Source: an uncultured Acidimicrobiaceae bacterium
GTDB lineage: Bacteria > Actinomycetota > Acidimicrobiia > Acidimicrobiales > Palsa-688
NCBI GenBank assembly: GCA_963702305.1
Contig: CAVPBX010000007.1
Span: forward strand, 92,998 to 124,997
Reading direction: 5' to 3'
DNA length: 32,000 nucleotides
Shown here: piece by piece, positions 24,267-31,700 of the stretch
How the letters are laid out: each line of letters begins with the position of its first letter
Numbering within the stretch: the stretch's first letter is position 1
The notes under the pieces: generated by a model
Told to the model about the DNA's origin: nothing
The model's database searches: none
The model's input: only the letters and a program-made list of their open reading frames with translations
Translations under genes and position numbers: made by a program

Positions 24267-24311
24267 CCGGTAACAGGAAGGTAACAGGCTCTGTTGAGCC
24301 CCTGTTACCGG
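24267..24311. promoter_or_regulatory. Repeat cluster CCGGTAACAGG-aa-GGTAACAGG-N12-CCTGTTACCGG between HK3 and the lipoprotein/exporter operon; candidate response-regulator operator
   Basis: Direct repeats start at 24269 and 24280 (11-bp phasing). A perfect 11-nt inverted copy lies at 24301-24311. The cluster ends 56 nt upstream of ATG 24367. Confidence 0.55.
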
Positions 24312-24366
24312 CGATGTCGTACAACCACCTCCGAACGGTCGTTCGCGAGGAAGGAGCCACGACATC

Positions 24367-24976
24367 ATGGACAAAGACACTGGCCGCTCCCCAGCGGTCA
24401 ACAAATGCCGGTTGCGACGAGTCTGGCGTGCCAGCCTCCCTCTCGTCGGGCTGGCGACCATCGGGCTGCTGGCCGCCGCTTGCGGGAGCGGCTCGAAGGT
24501 TCTGGGGGTCCCGAGCGCCGGGGGGACCACCACGACCGTCGCCCCGTCTGGGTCGTCCGGTTCGGGCGCTTCGGGGGAGACGAGCCAGTCGCAGGAGCTG
24601 CAATTCGCGCAGTGCATGCGGTCCCACGGGGTCGCCGGTTTCCCCGACCCCAGCGCCACCGTGGGCCAACTCCAAAACATCGCCAACTCGGGCGTCAACA
24701 CCCAATTCGCCCACCTACCAGGCGGCCGAGACAGCCTGTAAGAAGTACACCCCGGCCGGGAACATGACCCCGGCCCAGAGCGCCGCCGATAACGCCAAGG
24801 GAGTCCAAGCCTCGCAGTGCATGCGCTCCCACGGGGTGCCCAACTTCCCCGATCCCATCGTCGGCCCAACTGGTGGGCAAGTGATCAACTTGAACGGCTT
24901 GGGCATCGATCTCAACAGCCCGATCTTCCAGGCGGCCCGTGCGGCCTGCCAGAAGATCGTTCCCGGCAGCAAATGA
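24367..24976 (+). pseudogene. Second CMRSHG-x3-FPDP repeat lipoprotein, apparently disrupted by a +1 frameshift
   Basis: Lipobox LLAAAC and unit 1 (FAQCMRSHGVAGFPDP...NSGVNT) are in frame 1. The rest (NSPTYQAAETACKKYTP, then unit 2 ASQCMRSHGVPNFPDP...AARAACQKIVP) is in frame 2. The switch is at the ACCC run at 24700-24703. Removing one C restores a 202-aa protein colinear with the 21540 paralog. Confidence 0.6.
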
Positions 24977-25006
24977 GCGCGACCTCCCAATTGGCGAGGG
25001 AGTCTG

Positions 25007-26671
25007 ATGGCATCCGATAGCGCAGAGATCAGGTCCGCCGCCGTGTCGCACCAGCAAGCGGGCCCGGCCACCGAGCAGCTCCCGGCCGCACCGCACGATC
25101 CCGGCGCCGTGCCAGCCGGCCGCCGTCGGCGTGGGGCGCCCTGGGTGATCGCGGTGGTCGGGGTGCTGGTCGCGGCCGGCGTTGTCGTGGCGATCACCAA
25201 ACCCTTCGCCACGGGAGGAACAGCCAGTCCGGGAGTCGCAGCGAACACCGACGCCACGGGGATCTACACGGTGGCCCGCCAGGACCTGTCCTCCCAGACC
25301 CAGGTGTCGGCGACCCTCGGTTACGCCGGGTCGTTCAGCATCGCGGCCCCGTCAGGGGCGAGCGCCCAGGAGGTGGCCCAGGCCCAGGAGACCGTAACCG
25401 GGGACCAGCAGAGCCTGGCCGCGGACGAGCAGGTCCAATCCGACAAGTCGAGCGCGGATGACCAGGCGATCGTGGCGGCCCAGACGGCTGTCAACACCGA
25501 CCAGTCCATGCTCAGTTCGGACCAGGCCAAGCAGTCCCAGGACTGCGCCGGGTCGGTGGCGTCCAGCCCGGCGTGCACCCAGGATGCCCAGAAGGTCAGC
25601 GGAGACCAGACGCAGCTGACCCAGGCCAACCAGCAGCTGGACAGCGCTCGGTCGACGGCGACCCTAGACCACGACCAGAACCAGGCCAAGGTGGCCTCCG
25701 ACCAGACCAAGCTGGCGGGCGACCAGGCCACCCTGGCGTCGCTGCAAGCCGCCGCAGTGACCCCGGGCGCGACCTACACCTCCCTGCCCGCGGTGGGCGA
25801 CATCATCAAGGAGGACCAGCCGGTCTACTCACTCACCAACGAACCGGTGCCGCTCCTCTACGGGTCGATCCCCGCCTCTCGGGCGTTCTACCTCGGCATG
25901 TCCGACGGCGCCGATGTAGGCCAGCTGACCGGCGACCTGATCGCTCTCGGTTACGGCGCCGGACTGCCCCACAGCAACCACTATTCCTCGGCCACCGCCG
26001 CCTCGGTCGAACGTTGGCAGGGCGCCCTCGGCCTGGAGGCGACCGGCGAGATCCTGCTCGGCCAAGTGGTCTTCGAGCCCGGCCCCATCCGGGTCACGTC
26101 GGTCACGCCTCCGCTCGGCGAGTCCATCGGGGGCGGGGGCGGCATTGGCAGTGGCGGCGGCGGCGGCGGTGGTGGCGGCACCGTGCTGTCGGCGACCACG
26201 ACTACACGCCAGGTCAGCATCGCCCTCGACGCATCTCAACAGTCCGAAGTGGCGGTCGGCGACAAGGTGACCATCACCCTGCCCAACAACCAGAACACGC
26301 CAGGGGTCGTCTCCTCAGTGGGTACCGTCGCCACGACGCCCTCCTCGAGCGGCTCCGGCGGCTCGGGACCTTCGAGCCCCACCATCACGGTGCTGGTGAA
26401 CCCGACCGACCCGGCCGCCACCGGAACCTGGGACCAGGCGCCGGTGAACGTGACCATCACCACCGGAACGGTCACCAATGCCCTGGTCGTACCTATCGCC
26501 GCTCTGCGGGCCAAATCGGGCGGCGGTTACGCGGTCGAAGTCGCGGGCGCCGACGGCACCCATCGCCTGGTGTCGGTCAGCCTGGGCCTCTTCGACGACG
26601 CCGACGGCAGGGTCCAGGTCAGTGGGACCACCTTGGCCGCCGGCCAGCACGTCGTGGTGCCGAACCTTTGA
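25007..26671 (+). CDS. MacA/HlyD-type membrane-fusion (periplasmic adaptor) protein with an inserted peptidoglycan-binding domain
   Basis: N-terminal TM helix, a Q/D-rich coiled-coil hairpin, PG_binding_1-like GADVGQLTGDLIALGY...SVERWQGALGLEATGEILLGQVVF, a Gly tract, and a C-terminal beta-barrel segment (ALVVPIAAL...GYAVEV). Confidence 0.8.
   Translation: MASDSAEIRSAAVSHQQAGPATEQLPAAPHDPGAVPAGRRRRGAPWVIAVVGVLVAAGVVVAITKPFATGGTASPGVAANTDATGIYTVARQDLSSQTQVSATLGYAGSFSIAAPSGASAQEVAQAQETVTGDQQSLAADEQVQSDKSSADDQAIVAAQTAVNTDQSMLSSDQAKQSQDCAGSVASSPACTQDAQKVSGDQTQLTQANQQLDSARSTATLDHDQNQAKVASDQTKLAGDQATLASLQAAAVTPGATYTSLPAVGDIIKEDQPVYSLTNEPVPLLYGSIPASRAFYLGMSDGADVGQLTGDLIALGYGAGLPHSNHYSSATAASVERWQGALGLEATGEILLGQVVFEPGPIRVTSVTPPLGESIGGGGGIGSGGGGGGGGGTVLSATTTTRQVSIALDASQQSEVAVGDKVTITLPNNQNTPGVVSSVGTVATTPSSSGSGGSGPSSPTITVLVNPTDPAATGTWDQAPVNVTITTGTVTNALVVPIAALRAKSGGGYAVEVAGADGTHRLVSVSLGLFDDADGRVQVSGTTLAAGQHVVVPNL
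26129..26179 (+). repeat. GGN/GGC trinucleotide tract encoding GGGGGIGSGGGGGGGGG inside the adaptor protein
   Basis: Read directly: ggg ggc ggg ggc ggc att ggc agt (ggc)5 ggt ggt ggc ggc. Confidence 0.9.
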
Positions 26672-27483
26672 GCGTCAACCCCTGCCGATGGGCCGTGGCC
26701 GGCTTCGATGCCCACCGTCTGCTCGTCGCCAACGGCGGGGATGGGCCGGTGCTCGAGGTCGACCAGGTCACGAAGAGCTACCCGAGCGAGCCGCCGGTGA
26801 CTGCCCTGCGGGAGGTCTCCTTCACCGTCGGCCGAGGCGAACTGGTGGGTATCGTCGGCCCGTCGGGGTCGGGCAAGACCACCTTGTTACACCTGATGGG
26901 CACCTTGGACCGGCCCAGCTCCGGCCGCGTGCGGGTCACCGGTTTCGACGTCGAACGGCTGGTGGACCGCGAGCTGGCCGCCCTGCGGGCCACCAGGATC
27001 GGCTTCGTGTTCCAGCAGTTCTTCCTGGCCGAGCACCAAAGCGCCCTCGACAACGTGGCCGACGGCCTGCTCTACGCCGGGGTCCCACAAGCCGAACGGC
27101 GCGCCCGGGCCGCCGACGCCCTCAGACTGGTCGGGCTCGAGGGGCGACCGTATGCCCGTCCCACTCAACTGTCGGGTGGCCAGCGCCAGCGCGTCGCCAT
27201 CGCCCGAGCCCTGGTGGGCAGCCCGGCCATCGTGCTCGCCGACGAGCCCACCGGCAACCTCGACCAGGCCACCGGGCTGGCCATCTTGGGGCTCCTCGAA
27301 GACCTGCACGAACTCGGGGTGACCATCGTGGTCATCACCCATGACCAAGCCATCGCGGCCCGCATGGGCCGCCGCATCGAGATGCTCGACGGCCGGATCG
27401 TCTACGACAGCGCCCAGCAGACCTCACCAGCACCGACGCCCGCTCCCGGCGACACCACCCACGACGACGACCACCGGCTTTGA
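26668..27483 (+). CDS. ABC transporter ATP-binding protein (MacB/LolD/FtsE type)
   Basis: Walker A GPSGSGKTT, Q-loop, signature LSGGQRQR, Walker B IVLADEPTGNLD, H-loop ITHD. TTG 26668 (TTGA overlap) preferred, GTG 26695 possible. Confidence 0.85.
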   Translation: MSVNPCRWAVAGFDAHRLLVANGGDGPVLEVDQVTKSYPSEPPVTALREVSFTVGRGELVGIVGPSGSGKTTLLHLMGTLDRPSSGRVRVTGFDVERLVDRELAALRATRIGFVFQQFFLAEHQSALDNVADGLLYAGVPQAERRARAADALRLVGLEGRPYARPTQLSGGQRQRVAIARALVGSPAIVLADEPTGNLDQATGLAILGLLEDLHELGVTIVVITHDQAIAARMGRRIEMLDGRIVYDSAQQTSPAPTPAPGDTTHDDDHRL

Positions 27484-28685
27484 CCCCCACCCAGACCCTC
27501 GCAGTGCGAAAGCTGCGCCCCTCGGACCTGGCGCGCCTGTCCACGGTCGGGGTGCGCACCCGCAAGCTCCGAGCCGGGCTGTCCGCGCTCGGGATCGCCA
27601 TCGGGGTGGCCGCCATCGTGGCCGTCTTGGGGCTCTCCTCGTCCGCCTCAGCGGGACTGTTGAATGAGATCTCGGCCCTGGGCACCAACCTGCTGGTAGT
27701 GGAGAACGGCCAGACCGTCACAGGCCAGGCCGCCGAGCTGCCCACCGCGGCCCCGGCCATGATCGGCGTCGTCGACGCGGTGACCGCGGTGCAGCAGACC
27801 GGATCGGTCGGTGGCCACGTCTACAGCAGCCCGCTCATCCCTTCTATCGACACCAACGCCCTCGGCATCGACGCGGCCAGCCTCGGCCTGGTTCCCACCG
27901 TCGGCACCACCGTCGCCCAGGGCAGCTATCTCAACGCGGCGACCGCCCAAGAACCGGTTTGTGTGCTCGGCGCGGCCGCCGCCCAGCGCTTGGGGATCGA
28001 CCGGGTGTACTCGGGAGAGCGGATCTGGGCCGACCACATGTGGTGTTACGTGGCCGGCATCCTCAACCCCGCCATCCTCGCCCCCACCATCGACTCCTCG
28101 GTCCTGATCGGCTTCCCCGCCGCCGAGCACTACCTCGGCTTCGACGGCCACCCGTCCACCATCTATGTCCGCGCCCAAACCAGCCACGTCAACGCGGTCG
28201 ACCATCTCCTCGCCGCCACGGCCAACCCCGAGAACCCCAGCCAGGTCGACGTATCCCAACCCTCGGCCGCGCTCGTCGCCCAAGCCGACGCCAAAGGAGC
28301 CTTCGACGGCCTCTTCTTGGGACTCGGCGCCATCGCGCTCCTCGTCGGCGCGGTCGGGGTGGCCAACATCATGATCATCTCGGTCCTCGAACGACGATCC
28401 GAGATCGGACTGCGCCGCGCCCTGGGAGCCACCAAAGGCCATATTCGCATCCAGTTCCTCGCCGAAGCCGTCCTTCTTTCCATCACTGGCGGCGCCGCCG
28501 GCGTCGCCGCAGGCGCCCTCACCACCGCCATCTACGCCACCACCAAACACGAACTCATCGTCATCCCCGCCCTCGCCTGGGCCGGCGGCATCGGCGCAGC
28601 AGTCCTCATCGGCGCCATCGCCGGCCTATGGCCCGCCATACGCGCCGCCCGCTTGTCACCCACCCAAGCCCTCTGGAGCACGTGA
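27480..28685 (+). CDS. ABC transporter permease, MacB-like (N-terminal TM, periplasmic domain, C-terminal FtsX 3-TM bundle)
   Basis: LSALGIAIGVAAIVAVLG at the N-terminus, a large extracytoplasmic domain, then FLGLGAIALLVGAVGVANIMIISVLERRSEIGLRRALGA (FtsX signature). TTGA overlap with the ATPase gene. Confidence 0.85.
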   Translation: MTPTQTLAVRKLRPSDLARLSTVGVRTRKLRAGLSALGIAIGVAAIVAVLGLSSSASAGLLNEISALGTNLLVVENGQTVTGQAAELPTAAPAMIGVVDAVTAVQQTGSVGGHVYSSPLIPSIDTNALGIDAASLGLVPTVGTTVAQGSYLNAATAQEPVCVLGAAAAQRLGIDRVYSGERIWADHMWCYVAGILNPAILAPTIDSSVLIGFPAAEHYLGFDGHPSTIYVRAQTSHVNAVDHLLAATANPENPSQVDVSQPSAALVAQADAKGAFDGLFLGLGAIALLVGAVGVANIMIISVLERRSEIGLRRALGATKGHIRIQFLAEAVLLSITGGAAGVAAGALTTAIYATTKHELIVIPALAWAGGIGAAVLIGAIAGLWPAIRAARLSPTQALWST

Positions 28686-28733
28686 ATCGCATGAGGCGGT
28701 CGATAGGCGTGTTGCTCGTGCGGGTAGGCGCCG

Positions 28734-29114
28734 TCAGACGGGCACGATCTCGATGAGGTTCTCGATCCCGGCCAAGTCCGTCGGGTTTCGGGTGTACAGC
28801 CGAGCGGAGTGGGCATGGGCCGTGGCCGCTACCAGGATGTCCATGTCTCTCGATCGTGGTTGGCGACCAGCGGCAACTACAGCCGCGGCGAGTTGACCGT
28901 AACTCGTGGCGACGTGGTCATCGACAGGCAATGGGTCGAAGGTTCGTTGGAGCACGGAGAGTCTCCGGAGACGTTCGGCGCGCACACCAGGGTCGGTGGT
29001 GACCAGCACGCCGAAGTGCAACGCAGCGAGCGAGGCGGCGCTGATGGCGAGCTCTCCCTCGAGTGGCTCCACATCAGTAGCGATCAACACGCTGGTGTCC
29101 AGAATCGCTTTCAC
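28734..29114 (-). CDS. vapC: VapC-type PIN-domain toxin
   Basis: VKAILDTSVLI (first acidic residue), ...SAASLAAL..., DILVAATAHAHSARLYTRNPTDL. GTGA overlap with the antitoxin gene at 29111-29114. Confidence 0.8.
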   Translation of the reverse strand: MKAILDTSVLIATDVEPLEGELAISAASLAALHFGVLVTTDPGVRAERLRRLSVLQRTFDPLPVDDHVATSYGQLAAAVVAAGRQPRSRDMDILVAATAHAHSARLYTRNPTDLAGIENLIEIVPV

Positions 29115-29404
29115 CGCGCCCGCTCCCACGGATTCGCAACGGATTGGTCGACCAGGTCGACGTCGCGCTGCCAATCCGAGTCAGCACGGCCGGTGAACAA
29201 GTCGGCGAGGTCATCCCAGCGCTGCCACCTCTTCGGCGCGGCGGAGACCATCCGGGCCGCAGGGCGCCCCGAGACGGTGATCTCGATCTCTTCGCCGTTC
29301 TCGACCTGTCGTACCAGGTCGGATGCATCCTGGCGCAGGGGTCGGTTTCTCCGGGCCTGCTTGAAGGGCGCGGGGGGATAGACGGTTCTGCTGACCAGCG
29401 TCAC
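29111..29404 (-). CDS. Phd/YefM-like antitoxin
   Basis: ASDLVRQVENGEEIEITVSGRPAARMV matches the Phd/YefM N-terminal fold signature. Its GTG start overlaps the stop codon of the doc remnant (GTGA, 29401-29404). Confidence 0.7.
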   Translation of the reverse strand: MTLVSRTVYPPAPFKQARRNRPLRQDASDLVRQVENGEEIEITVSGRPAARMVSAAPKRWQRWDDLADLFTGRADSDWQRDVDLVDQSVANPWERAR

Positions 29405-29770
29405 TCACGACGAGACTGCAGTAGGTCGCGGAGAGCGCCCTGCACATCTTGACCGGCGGCTGCCTTGACAAGGAGGTCGGCGACCTCCCGGTCGTGCGGG
29501 GGCAGGATGGCCGATCCGTCCTCGCCGTTGCGGTCAAGAACCCATTTCGCCAAAGAGGAAGGCCGTCCGTTTGTTGCCCTCCCCGAAAGCCTGCGCCCGA
29601 GCGACCCGGTAGGCAACCACCGCCGCCGCCGTTACCGGGTCGTTGACCTCCAACCCGGCGTCCAACGCCCGTGGGACTCACTCAAGGTCGTCTGGCTCAT
29701 CGAACCATTCGTCGCCTCGGCGCGCCGCGTAGTTCAGCGCGACCGCTAGCGCCACTGTCGGCCGTATCAA
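29401..29770 (-). pseudogene. doc: Fic/Doc (death-on-curing) family toxin remnant with one in-frame stop and one frameshift
   Basis: The minus strand reads ...VAYRVARAQAFGEGNKRTAFLFGE then (frameshift) WVLDRNGEDGSAI...LV..AAG. The core is xxFxxGNKRTA, with the usual His/Asp positions replaced (AQAFGEGNKR). In-frame TGA at 29678-29680. Frame change at the A3 run 29545-29547. Confidence 0.6.
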
Positions 29771-29892
29771 TGGTCGTGCAGATAGGCGAGTAGCTCCCGG
29801 TAGGTGGCGAGCTGCTCCTCCAGCCAGGCGCGCTCCTCCGGCGGCAGCTCGTCGGCCACCATGGCAGTGCGATCACGATCAACCTGGCTCAC
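29767..29892 (-). CDS. Small ORF (41 aa from GTG, or 31 aa from ATG 29862), possible cognate antitoxin of the doc remnant
   Basis: VSQVDRDRTAMVADELPPEERAWLEEQLATYRELLAYLHDH. Its TGA overlaps a TTG at 29770 in the doc frame. The palindrome CCCAAG-N9-CTTGGG (29895-29915) lies just upstream. Confidence 0.35.
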   Translation of the reverse strand: MSQVDRDRTAMVADELPPEERAWLEEQLATYRELLAYLHDH

Positions 29893-30067
29893 CGCCCAAG
29901 GATACCGGTCTTGGGACTATGGTCTCCGCAGACCCGATCCGGCCATGAATGTTCGGGACGCCGGCGGAGCCGATCCCATCAGTTTCGCCTGAGCGCATCA
30001 CGCCGATTACGGAGCGGGTCGTCGGGGCTTGCCCGTAACTGGTTGCGCTCGCGTTCCGCGCTCGTGG

Positions 30068-30322
30068 CTAGGTGATGCCGAGACTGTTCGGAAGGTCTTG
30101 GACGAAGGACCTCCTGTCTTCCCGCTCCTGTCGGATCGCGAGAGCGTGAATGGCGTCGGTCAGCACCCTCCGATCGGAGGTGGTGAGTGACTGAAGCCTG
30201 CCAGCCACGGCTTCCATCTGCACCACTGCCGCGTCCGGATCAACAACCGAGTCGTCGCTGAGTTCCAGGAACGCAAGTAGATCGGCAGTGCTCTCAAGCA
30301 GGGCTTCCGTTAGTGCATCCAC
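30068..30322 (-). CDS. Hypothetical acidic helical protein
   Basis: The ORF has protein-like composition (MDALTEALLESTADLLAFLELSDD...). No motif recognised. Confidence 0.35.
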   Translation of the reverse strand: MDALTEALLESTADLLAFLELSDDSVVDPDAAVVQMEAVAGRLQSLTTSDRRVLTDAIHALAIRQEREDRRSFVQDLPNSLGIT

Positions 30323-31469
30323 GCCCCAGTCTGCATGACGCCAGATCGCCGATGTACGAGCGCCCCGTAGCCATCGGGCTGTAATCAGCTGCGCCGTTGT
30401 TCTGGGCGGCCAGGGGCGGATGTCTTCCGGGTGCCCCGAGTCGAACGGGGCTACTTCCGGCGAGATACCGGCTGGCCCACCGGGGAGCCGGACATTGGTC
30501 AGGGTAGCCGCAGATCTATGACGCCATCGCCGAATACTTCGCTCCCTGTTGCTCAGGAGGCACCCGCCCGAGGAGCGCCGTACTAACTGTTCTGGTGCGG
30601 TGCAAGGCCTCTTTCAGATGCTTTGGGACCGCGGATGCTGACCCAGCAGTGGAGGCAGGTGATCTCGTCGTCGGCTATCACGACCTGTGCGCGATGCGGG
30701 TCAAGTGCGAGAAGTGGCTGGAGAAGCGGAATGTCGAATGTTTGACGCATCTCGCAGTCCCAGCCACCCTGGTTCGGCATGAACCAGTTGCCGACGGGAT
30801 GGTTCCCGTCGCTTGGAGCGCCTCCAATACCGGACGTAGATGTTCGGCCTCGGGTGGTACCGGCATCGATCCAGTATTGCTAGAAAACTGCGCTCCAAAC
30901 ATCCGATCCGCGCGCACCGCAGTACGTATCCCGAAGCGCGGCGGCGAGCGTGGAACGACGGTGCGGCGCTCACCATCCTGGCCGGTGCCATCGCGGGCGT
31001 TGGCCAGAACGTGCGATCAGATCGCTCCTGACATCGGCGAGCGTTCTGGCGCGTCATCGAGTGGGAAGGACGAGGCGCCCGGGAGTGCCGACCGCCGAAT
31101 AGGTCGCTCCGCAGTCGATGGGATGGCAGAAGCGATTAGTGCGTGATGGAGCGATCTGCGCTCGATGGCGACTTCCCATCAGCGACGGTCGGTACAGTGT
31201 TCGCCGTGACCAGACGAGACGCGAATACGCAGGGAGCGGCGCAGGGCGTAACGGGGGGCGATTCGGTATCTCGGCCATGAGGTGGCCCATGGTTGGCTCG
31301 GCGGCCTTGCTGGCACGAAACTGGTTGATGGCTCCTTGGACAAGGACACCAACAGCTTGCACGGCGCCGTCGGTCAGATGTGTCCCCGATGTGACCGCGT
31401 CATCGAGCAGGGCCAGATTGTCAGGCGGACGGTGTCAGGCGCTTACAAACACGACAACTGCTGAACCAG

Positions 31470-31700
31470 TTACCTCCGGTTCGGGCGGCTCGCTACTCCC
31501 AGGGCCTTCGATTCCCAAACCGTGGCATCCGGCAACACCGTCGGATCGCTACAGACATCGGCGAGTTCTGGCGCGGCGTCGACAAGGAGGACGAGGGCAA
31601 GCTGGAAGGCCGACCGCTCAGTCGGGTGCGGTCCGTTGAGGTAGCAACGTGACGATGTGGAGCGCGTATTCGGGACGCCTGGCGGGGCTGGCGCTGTCAT
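31470..31700 (-). CDS. Hypothetical protein
   Basis: The only support is an ATGA overlap (31697-31700) with the upstream partial ORF. Composition is mediocre. Confidence 0.25.
   Translation of the reverse strand: MTAPAPPGVPNTRSTSSRCYLNGPHPTERSAFQLALVLLVDAAPELADVCSDPTVLPDATVWESKALGVASRPNRR

Noticed and set aside
24267-24311. The 11-nt perfect inverted repeat considered as a rho-independent terminator or attenuator hairpin
   Set aside because: The loop is 23 nt and no U-tract follows. Its location in a divergent promoter, together with 11-bp-phased direct copies, fits a protein-binding site better.
23201-24976. A 591-aa plus-strand ORF across HK3 and the intergenic region
   Set aside because: Only its last roughly 90 codons (from about 24704) are real. 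They form the post-frameshift part of the second lipoprotein. The rest is antisense shadow of HK3.
26129-26179. The GGC-rich tandem tract, considered as a possible non-coding microsatellite or repeat array
   Set aside because: It is in frame inside the adaptor gene and simply encodes a Gly linker. It has no spacer/repeat organisation, so it is not CRISPR-like.
25573-27483. A 636-aa ORF apparently fusing the adaptor region to the ABC ATPase
   Set aside because: The first roughly 365 codons are an out-of-frame, Arg/Pro-rich shadow of the adaptor gene. The true ATPase starts at the TTGA overlap (26668) or at GTG 26695.
30323-30600. An open reading frame without stops running upstream into the 30068..30322 ORF
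   Set aside because: It contains no ATG, GTG or TTG start and translates to W/R-rich non-protein-like sequence. It is probably an accidental open frame.
30595-31146. A 183-aa plus-strand ORF and the overlapping minus-strand ORFs (30701..31057, 31054..31362, 31118..31639)
   Set aside because: They exclude one another, have poor composition (Arg/Ser/Ala runs), no motifs, and no convincing Shine-Dalgarno or coupling signals. I treated them as uncertain or possibly degraded sequence and did not call genes.
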